26,446 nucleotides of DNA from an uncultured archaeon. Its GTDB lineage: Archaea > Asgardarchaeota > Lokiarchaeia > Sigyniarchaeales > SOKP01. The DNA is taken from assembly GCA_964388035.1 (NCBI GenBank), contig CAYLZE010000070.1, positions 1 through 26,446 of the forward strand, read 5' to 3'. Under the pieces are notes generated by a model, which saw only the letters and a program-made list of their open reading frames with translations, had not been told where the DNA came from and did no database searches. Made by a program: the position numbers and the translations under genes. This document shows, in pieces, positions 8,201-14,187 of the stretch (position 1 is its first letter; every line of letters starts with the position of its first letter).

Positions 8201-9763
8201 TTTACGTTCTAACGCTGATTTTTCATCCATTAATTCTTGTTCTCGCTTCAATTTCAGCTGTCTTTCCTTAGTTCTTTTTATCTGTTCATCATATTCTTCC
8301 TTGCTTTTATTTAAAACATTTATTGCTATTCTAATCTTATCCAATTCTATATCTCTATGGAGCTTTTTAAATATTTCTCTTGCTCTTTCATATAAACTCA
8401 ATGCCCCTTGAACTTCATTCGATTCTACCAAGTCTAATGCTTGGTCCATTAAATTATAACCCTCCTCCAATTCTTTATTTTCCTTTATCTTTTCTTGGAA
8501 TTGATGCTTTAATTTATTCTCTTCTTCCACTTTTTCTTTATAGTATTGAATTGATTGATTTAATTTATTGGCTTCTTCATTCCATCCTAATTCTTTAAAG
8601 GCAGCTCTCGAAGTTTCATAAAGTTCAATAACTTCTAAAAATTTGGAAGGTTCGGAAAAATCCCCCGATTTTACTTTTAATTCATAATCTTCTGCTAATT
8701 GATTGGCTTGTTCGATGTTACTAAATATTTTTTCCGCTTGAGCTAAATTCTCTTTCTTTTCTCTTTCTGTTTCAAGAAATTGCTTTTCTCTTTCTTTTAA
8801 CATGTCTTTCGTTCTTGCATCTGCTCTTTGCAAACTTTCAAATTCTTCCTGCTTTTTGATTTTTTCAGCCTCTATCTTTCTAATTTTTTCGTCTTTTATA
8901 ATTTCTTGCTTATATTTTTCCACTCCCGTATTATAAAGAGAAGCTTCCCGTAGATTTCCTTGCTCTTTAAGATACTCTTGAATCGCTTGATAAACCATTA
9001 TTATTTTTTCATGGGGTCGTTGCATATCAAAATTTTTTTGCTTGATTGCTTTTTGATATTCTTTTTCGCTATATTTCAATTCATTTTCAATGCTTTCGAT
9101 GATGATATCAATTGAAGCTTGTTTTCCTTTTTCCCTAAGCTCATTAAGGATGTCATCCTTGGTAGATCCCTCTAAAATTTTAAGAACTTCACTTAAGAGC
9201 AGCTTGCGATAACCTTTATGCTTTTGTTGTTCTTCCTTTTTTTGCTTCTCTATTTTTTTGACTTTTTCTTCACTTTCCAGTTTTTGCCGATAATTATTGA
9301 TTGTGTCTTCATATACTTCAATTTGAGAGGTCCACCCTTTTTCTTTTAAGAGATCGATGATTTCTTCATACTTTTGAATAACTTTCGGATATTTACTTTC
9401 TTCTAAAACTCTCCCTTCATTAAGCGCTTCATGCATCTCTTTTTCATGCTCTCTCGCTAAAGATTCAGCTTCATCCACGATGGTTCTAATCTTTTCTTCA
9501 AATTCAGTCTCTTCTAACTTTCTTTTTTCGAAACTTAATTCATGACGATCTGTTAACGATTGTAATTCCGAAATTTTTTTATCAATAGCTTCTACTTCTT
9601 CCATCCGATTTATTTCTTTAAAAAGTTCCTTAGCTTGCTCTACAATAATTAGAGCATCTTCATAAAAGTTAGAATCAATTAATGAAAGGGCATGCTCCAC
9701 TAAATCAAATGCCTCGGCGGCAACATCTTCTTCCTTATTGCTCGAAACTCTTTTTTCCTCCAT
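2240..9763 (-). CDS. Giant (2507 aa) helical-repeat protein: TPR/MIT-like helical bundles joined by long E/K/R-rich helices; function unknown
   Basis: Uninterrupted 7.5-kb ORF with a GGTGGAG SD at 9776-9770. No signal peptide or transmembrane segment is visible. Recurrent A..L...A...Y..A..F/W patterns. Confidence 0.93.
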   Translation of the reverse strand: MEEKRVSSNKEEDVAAEAFDLVEHALSLIDSNFYEDALIIVEQAKELFKEINRMEEVEAIDKKISELQSLTDRHELSFEKRKLEETEFEEKIRTIVDEAESLAREHEKEMHEALNEGRVLEESKYPKVIQKYEEIIDLLKEKGWTSQIEVYEDTINNYRQKLESEEKVKKIEKQKKEEQQKHKGYRKLLLSEVLKILEGSTKDDILNELREKGKQASIDIIIESIENELKYSEKEYQKAIKQKNFDMQRPHEKIIMVYQAIQEYLKEQGNLREASLYNTGVEKYKQEIIKDEKIRKIEAEKIKKQEEFESLQRADARTKDMLKEREKQFLETEREKKENLAQAEKIFSNIEQANQLAEDYELKVKSGDFSEPSKFLEVIELYETSRAAFKELGWNEEANKLNQSIQYYKEKVEEENKLKHQFQEKIKENKELEEGYNLMDQALDLVESNEVQGALSLYERAREIFKKLHRDIELDKIRIAINVLNKSKEEYDEQIKRTKERQLKLKREQELMDEKSALERKNLQKELQEKQQKFLQLKEKEEREKSISSEALSLVNRAEEIVSDYEMELKKGKRPECAYYQAIELYEAALSKLRTIGWEDEVIRLKDSIVYYKGKCEEDERFRDVELFKKEEKVIEKQAYDYMGQAYGLLRAKNFEESLKFYERAKTLFEKINRDLEVEKIKQSISELKLEREGYLKKAEEVERKRQELINEQKLLESRAILERKTLKKELEEKQQQFFKLKEKEEKDKITSEKALSLINQAEEIAKSYEENFKRGYRPEICPYEQVIHLYQEAASKMISIQWNKEAQKLQESINYYEEKLENDRKYRELEHLTLKEAQIQKEGYRYMDQAVSMMKKKNFEESLKLYEKAKELFQEINSDLEIQKVTQSIAELGEIKDNYEKALIEEKERIQEKEEELKSFEAEAKLQNLKMQKSLEEKQKEFLKTQEEDKKQQEIYENAIKMINRAEKIARNYEEQIKNGKLVDSVYDEVIDFYKEAIKNFEMINQMEEVERLKEAVTYYQEKIDQDRRLRTFIKTSEQERDLTDQAYQLMDKAVTSYKMKRFEESIAFYKQAREIFAQINHDLEIEKINLSLEEVEKEHKNYLERIEQIKKEKEQEKLELQKLEEEAKTLRMQIQEEISKKNEQVLKIQKKEQEKKKVSNQAIFLIKEAETLANTYEEAMRQGKRPESVYPTIIEKYQKAIELFTSIDWMEEAKKMQNSITFYQNKLEREKLLREKEDLIKKEAEISSKAFELMDKAITSVNMKDFDQAISYYNEAKDLFENINRTLEIEKINISINEVEREKELFYIKLESLREKREKEQKDLKEMEDRARASRIEFQKEMTKKNSELLELTKKEQEKKEISKNALSLISQAENIAESYEVAIKEGKHPESIYPEVIRMHEEALQLLRNIDWKEEASRIENAIQYYKGKLEQDERLREHELTKKKEGEILAEGYNLMEKAISRANMKSYDESIMIYKKALALFESINRELEIEKILISIMELQEEQRNDQKKLEAEKKRKELELLEQQRMEKKVKLDRLRLQEDLKKKKEQFLSVKERAREEKEKSEKALSLVNQAEKMAQSYEIAFNEGKRPECAYPEVVRLYQEAAEILEDIGWNEEKLKLKGSIIHYQDKLLEDMQIRENESRLKMEGEAASEAYQLMEKAISLVGVQEYNEALKLYENAKEIFQSINRPLEMEKIDASIRELNRINEEKLLNLKRKKMEELQKQREKEKYDSKIDAAKLELKEQMEKKRKQELEIQQKVQKERAISKEAFSLVNQAEMLVEDYNIKVTKGESPELIYDTVISLYQKAAEKLKSINWKEEERKLLEAIELYTQKKKDEEALRQLELEQKSKEKELNKVHELMEQATDFFNKRNYKATITNYQQIVEIYKKIGKEHEALTIENLILGIQEKKEAEIRALEEEEKYRKEMEKELLERQKELTLEYNEEQKRKQQEREQKKREKIEKQKESVKAREAYEYINKAEDLAKEYNLDTNIQLNKVQQLFDNIIDLYDKARELLQEIQWTKEATTLQETINYYKEKLDADVKYRELENERLRQEQKELKRIEELNQIAKIEEELQKERETQLLLKAKELTKKQEEKKNKAFEYLDQAKNELANHNYDEAHRLYQDAGDLFTEIEWEEGIVMINESLKMIEKRKIAWQNQEKEEERRQIERKKAQEDLEQKIAEFEKNKKEELEKTKVELEEKQKQEKEERDMANKAYSLLEEGTRYVDYDKFEEAEEKYIQAREIFGKLGWTREVSKINNESLLNLKRKKIQNERSKEEQRKAQELKEQREKELELQRQNREEALKKLRKIQIMDKIDETIQQDYESAQNYLNNYQFNKGIIILKDIMIRLEKAKKSEEVEKIMTQISQISEQSRIPLITLEKNKTSEEEAFTTAWKALDNAQVSLTKNMTMKAISELNEALFNIKQTQFSDKYLNRIVRIINELNKELGREKEIQLEVEPKESKVEISEKELIEKVSERRKMREKRILDLLKKKEIE
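3600..8740 (-). repeat. Intragenic tandem super-repeat of 612 bp (204 aa): 8 full units plus a partial ninth
   Basis: The conserved Trp codon of (I/L)xW lies at 8582, 7970, 7355, (unit 4 has Q instead), 6131, 5519, 4907, 4295 and 3680. Spacings are 612, 615, 1224, 612, 612, 612 and 615 bp. Units are diverged at the DNA level. Confidence 0.92.
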
Positions 9764-9909
9764 ACTAACTCCACCCTGTAAAAACCTTTATATTATTTTT
9801 AATAATTAATCTTGAATGAATATTAAAATTTTAATTAGATTACAATTTATTTTCTAAACGCGATTAACTTTTGTTTTAAATGTGATTAGGAAAAATACTC
9901 TTTTTATTA

Positions 9910-10305
9910 TCATAAATCAAATTTTACTATTTTTTTATTGAGGTAATTATCACAAATATCGCCTCCGCTCTCTGTTAAACTCCACCCACTTGATTCTTTT
10001 ATAACGAGCTTTAACTTTTCCGCCTCGGATAAAAGACTGAGCACTTCTTCATTTGATTTACGAATACCAAAATCTTCTTTTAAGCTAAAAATAATCTCTT
10101 GAATCGGTACGGGTTGACCCAAATCATCTTCCATGACTCCTAAGGCAGCTAAAACCTGGGACTGTTCTTGCAAATCATCATTAATATCCTCCGATACTTC
10201 TTCCATTAACCAAGGATGTTCATCTAACATTTTTTTTATAGCTACTTGATCTCCCGATTTAAAAACCTCATCAAATAATTTTCTAACTTTTTTCTTTTTC
10301 ATCAT
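9910..10305 (-). CDS. Hypothetical protein with a C-terminal winged-helix fold
   Basis: VPIQEIIFSL...NEEVLSLLSEAEKLKLVIKESSGWSLTESG matches the wHTH helix3-wing-LTxxG pattern. Confidence 0.75.
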   Translation of the reverse strand: MMKKKKVRKLFDEVFKSGDQVAIKKMLDEHPWLMEEVSEDINDDLQEQSQVLAALGVMEDDLGQPVPIQEIIFSLKEDFGIRKSNEEVLSLLSEAEKLKLVIKESSGWSLTESGGDICDNYLNKKIVKFDL

Positions 10306-10698
10306 GATATCTTCATTTTCACTTTTTTCAATTATCTCAATAATAATATTAAAAAATTATTCATTTATATTAACTACTTTTTATACCATCTTTTATTCCC
10401 AAATATTCTTTTAAATAAGGAATGCATTAAGAAGCAACTAATTGATTACGTGTCTATTTGGTAACAAACATTCTTGTAATTAGAGAAATAAAAACCTTAC
10501 TCCTCAACTTCTTAATGATTTAGAAACATAAATGTTGCTTCTCTAAACCTTTTATCATTTAAAATAGAAGGTATTAAAGAAATATAAGAAAAAAATTGCT
10601 TAACGATAAATCGTTTCAGATCATAAATCCTTTTTTTCCCCAAAATTTTTAAATTAGCTATATGAAAAAAAAGAAATTAAAAAAAGGGAAAATGCTAA

Positions 10699-11415
10699 CT
10701 ACAAAGATTTGATGAAATTATCTACTTCTTCTTTTGAAGAGGACTTGAAACGTTTATCATCAGATTTAATATATGCTAGCCTGATATTATCCTTAGAGAT
10801 GTCTTCATCAATAGATTCTTTAATCGCATTTAAAGCTAACTTGACTAATTCTTCAAAGCTCAATTCTCTCTTATAATTGTTTCGAATATAATCTCTCGCA
10901 GTTGCCTCACCACTCCCCAAGGCATACGCTTTAAATGATCTATAGATTCCGCTCGGAGAGGTGGTGAATATTTGCGTCCCTCCCTCATCTATGCCAATGA
11001 AAAAAAGTGCACAACCAAAGGGCCTAATCCCCCCGTATTGACTATACATCTGGCATAAATCCGCAAGAGTTTTTACTAGCATGTTGAGCCTCACGGGTTC
11101 ATTATAAGTTAACTTGAAAGATTGTGCCTGTACTCGAGCATGATTAATCAAAATACGTGAGTCGGCATGTAGACCTGAAATGGCGCATCCAATATGATCA
11201 TCAATCTGGAATATCTTATCAATCGAATCCGGATCCATGAGTTTTGAAGCAACCTTAATCTGAGCGGCTAAACAAACATCATTTTTTGATTTCACCGCTA
11301 CGGCCAGGGTGCCTCTCCTTACGGCTTCTAATGCATATTCTACTTGGTACAAACGCCCCTCCGGGCTAAAGACGGTAAGAGCCCTGTCATATGCTCTCTG
11401 ACCTCCTCCGAACAT
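10699..11415 (-). CDS. psmA: Archaeal proteasome subunit alpha
   Basis: YDRALTVFSPEGRLYQVEYALEAVRRG alpha signature, KIFQIDDHIG, GLHADSR, QYGGIRPFG and PSG...KAYALGSG. AGGTG SD upstream. Confidence 0.98.
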   Translation of the reverse strand: MFGGGQRAYDRALTVFSPEGRLYQVEYALEAVRRGTLAVAVKSKNDVCLAAQIKVASKLMDPDSIDKIFQIDDHIGCAISGLHADSRILINHARVQAQSFKLTYNEPVRLNMLVKTLADLCQMYSQYGGIRPFGCALFFIGIDEGGTQIFTTSPSGIYRSFKAYALGSGEATARDYIRNNYKRELSFEELVKLALNAIKESIDEDISKDNIRLAYIKSDDKRFKSSSKEEVDNFIKSL

Positions 11416-11819
11416 GTTCTATTTCGACACCTTATTTTTTACTATTTTAACGTAAATTAAAAGGTTAAATTAAGCGTGTTATAAAAATTTTTTTTAAATA
11501 AAATATTAAAATCCCCCTATTAAATCAATTCAAATATCCTATTCAAATGAAGCCATATAACGAAGATTCAATCAATGACTTTATTCTAATCCTTAAAAAA
11601 GGTCCTCAATTCATGGTTATTATCACTAAAAATTAGTTGCTATAATTTCTCAAAAGAACTCTCATTCCTTTTTAATAGAACATTAATGTTTCCAGTCTTT
11701 TTTACCATATTTCTAGAAATTATTTATATCTTGAAAAGGAACAGTTATATCGAAACCTATAATATCATGCAAAAATAAGTTAAAAAGAAGTATATAATAA
11801 TAGCTCCGCTGTATAACTC

Positions 11820-12380
11820 CTAAATTTTATTAGATGCTTTCAAAATCCCTAAAGTAAGTTCTTTAAATACAATCTCAACATTTAAATCAACTTTCGCACT
11901 CGTCTCATAATACCCAATCGATTGAAATTCTTTGGATAAGGATTCCCCTTCTTTATTCCCTATTTCTCTATACCCTTCATCTGCTAAATCTAATTTGTTC
12001 CCCACCATGACATTGGGTTTCTGTTCGCCTAATACTTTTAGTGCTTCTTCTTTCCAATTTGTCAAATCGCTAAAGGAACTCCTTCTGGTTAAATCAAATA
12101 CATAAATTAATCCCGAAGCTCCACGATAGAATGGAGGACGGACGAAACTAAAGTGCTTTTGCCCAGCGAGGTCCCAAATTTGGAGATTTATGTTAAAATC
12201 AGGATAATCTTTTAAAACGACTTTCTTCGTTGAAAAATTAGATCCTATAGTCATAATATAATTTTCTTTAAATGAATTCTCGCAATAGCGGAGTACCATC
12301 GAAGTCTTGCCCACTCCCCCATCTCCGAGTATGCAAATCTTATATATAAAGCTTTTCTTACTTTTCTCCGTGCTTGACAT
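11820..12380 (-). CDS. Rab-like small GTPase (Ras superfamily)
   Basis: G1 GDGGVGKTS, G2 TIG, G3 WDLAGQ, G4 GNKLD and G5 ETSAK, plus FYRGA. No C-terminal Cys. Confidence 0.96.
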   Translation of the reverse strand: MSSTEKSKKSFIYKICILGDGGVGKTSMVLRYCENSFKENYIMTIGSNFSTKKVVLKDYPDFNINLQIWDLAGQKHFSFVRPPFYRGASGLIYVFDLTRRSSFSDLTNWKEEALKVLGEQKPNVMVGNKLDLADEGYREIGNKEGESLSKEFQSIGYYETSAKVDLNVEIVFKELTLGILKASNKI

Positions 12381-12732
12381 CGTTAAAGACTGCTATAATA
12401 AGTAAAAGAAATGTAATTATTGTAAGTTAAAAAATATATAAAATTTAATGAATAAAAAAGTTTGCAAATCTCAAGAACCTTTTTCTTTATAGTTATATTT
12501 AAAGTAAGTTAGCTTTTTATAGGGATTTGCTTATACTTTAGATAACAATGATCTTTTCTTGTGATAAATTTAGATTGTTTTTTGCTACAAATCTAATCAA
12601 AAAGATCACGTACTATTAGAGATTGAATCTTTTTAAACAAGGAAAATATATTATTAAATAGTTAAAATTAATAAATACGAATTTTATTTCAGTTTATTAA
12701 TCGTGATATTATAAAGTAGAAGGTGGTAAGAA

Positions 12733-13512
12733 ATTTTCAATAGAGACAATTCAAAATCAATCGAAAAACTCGCTAAGTTAATTCTCCAATCAAAAAATAT
12801 TGTTGTTTTAACCGGGGCAGGCATGAGCACGGAATCTGGCATCGCCGATTTTCGCAGTCCTGGAACGGGGCTTTGGACAAAGATTGATCCTGATGAATTT
12901 GCGAGCATTCATTCCTATGTATCGAGCACTTCTAAAAACATGCAATTCATGTTAGAATTGGGATTGACAATTTTTAAGGCAAAACCGAATAAAGGGCATA
13001 AAACATTAACTAAACTTCAAAAAATGGGGAAATTGAAGGGGATTCTCACTCAGAATATTGACGGTCTGCACCAAAAAGCGGGTACCAAGAACATTGTTGA
13101 GTTACACGGAACTGCCAATGAAAGTAAATGCATGAGATGTAAGAGGGTCTTTCCTATTACTGCACTTATCAATCAAGTTGTAATCAAGAAATCTACTCCT
13201 TCTTGCGAGGTATGCGGAGGACTATTAAAGCCAAATGCGATTTTTTTTGGAGAGCCATTAGAATCTAAGGCACTAAAAAAAGCAGAAGAGATGATAGATG
13301 ACATAGATTTAATGATCGTGTTAGGAAGTTCTCTTCTGGTATATCCCGTTGCGTTTTACCCGAAAAAGATACTTGCTTGCGGAGCTAAATTAGCAATTAT
13401 CAATATTCAGCCTACCGATGTTGATGAGAAAGCAGAAGTGGTAATTCACGATAAAATAGGAGATGTTCTGCCTAAAGTATTGGAAATTGTTAAAGCGTCG
13501 TCAGATTGTTAA
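12733..13512 (+). CDS. cobB: NAD-dependent protein deacylase (Sir2/CobB family); true start lies upstream of the ORF-track start at 12823
   Basis: In-frame upstream sequence gives IEKLAKLILQSKNIVVLTGAGMSTESGIADFRS. Downstream motifs are TQNIDGLHQKAG, ELHG, CMRC...CEVC, LKPNAIFFGE and GSSLLVYP. The start is placed at ATT 12733, after an in-frame TAA at 12727 and an AGGTGG SD at 12721; the start position is inferred. Confidence 0.93.
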   Translation: MFNRDNSKSIEKLAKLILQSKNIVVLTGAGMSTESGIADFRSPGTGLWTKIDPDEFASIHSYVSSTSKNMQFMLELGLTIFKAKPNKGHKTLTKLQKMGKLKGILTQNIDGLHQKAGTKNIVELHGTANESKCMRCKRVFPITALINQVVIKKSTPSCEVCGGLLKPNAIFFGEPLESKALKKAEEMIDDIDLMIVLGSSLLVYPVAFYPKKILACGAKLAIINIQPTDVDEKAEVVIHDKIGDVLPKVLEIVKASSDC

Positions 13513-13731
13513 AAATTCCAATTTCGTTTTTTAGAGTTTCTATTCAATCTAATCTAAAAAGATAGAGAAAACTAACGATATGAATTAAAAATTTAAGATT
13601 TATAAAAAATCACCCTCATTTTAAAATCTACTTTCCCCCTAAAAGTGATATATTTAATAAATAAAATGATGCGTTATCATTCTAAAAACACATATCCAGA
13701 CATTTAGAATAATGCCAAAAAAGGGAAAATC

Positions 13732-14151
13732 ATGAATGAACGAAAGGATATCTCTTATATTGAAAGCCATCTTGAGGCCTTGAAAGAATTCCATGGGCAT
13801 TTAGGACCTCACGTGATCTTAGGAGCACGCATGGCTATCATATCTAATAGGTTATTAGGCGATGATCCTTTCAAGAAATCGGTAAGAGTCTATTGTGGGT
13901 TAACTCGTCCTAAATCTTGTCTGATTGATGGAATTCAATTTTTCTCGGGATGCACGTTCGGAAAGGCGAACATTGAGATAATTGATGAAGGAATATTAAA
14001 AGCAATTTTTAAATTCGAGGAATTGGAACTAACCATCAAGTTCAGAGAACTTGATATTCCTAAAGCAACTTCCAGAGAAGAATTAGAGACAATAGCCAAA
14101 GAGTTTCTCATGACAGGAGAAAAAGAGTTGTTTGAGATTCTTTTAAGATAA
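13732..14151 (+). CDS. FmdE/FwdE-family protein (formylmethanofuran dehydrogenase subunit E domain), stand-alone
   Basis: FHGHLGP..ILGARM and SCLIDGIQFFSGCTFGKANI motifs. Confidence 0.9.
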   Translation: MNERKDISYIESHLEALKEFHGHLGPHVILGARMAIISNRLLGDDPFKKSVRVYCGLTRPKSCLIDGIQFFSGCTFGKANIEIIDEGILKAIFKFEELELTIKFRELDIPKATSREELETIAKEFLMTGEKELFEILLR

Positions 14152-14187
14152 ATAAAAAAAATTGAAATCTAAAAAAAGGTTCAATTT

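Noticed and set aside
2980-8598. Six Phe/Leu/Ser-rich plus-strand ORFs that look like membrane proteins
   Set aside because: They are the expected antisense artefact of Glu/Lys-rich (GAA/AAA) codons in the giant gene.
3600-8740. Calling the giant protein a spectrin-repeat, SMC or myosin homologue
   Set aside because: The 204-aa unit divides into two unequal modules plus a spacer, not two roughly 106-aa spectrin repeats. There are no Walker motifs, hinge or motor domain, so any similarity would be compositional.
10425-10547. Overlapping alternative inverted repeats (CATTAAGAAG/CTTCTTAATG and AGAAGCAAC/GTTGCTTCT) suggesting a switchable RNA
   Set aside because: Matches of 9-10 bp are near chance expectation in a 400-bp AT-rich gap, and no covariation evidence is available.
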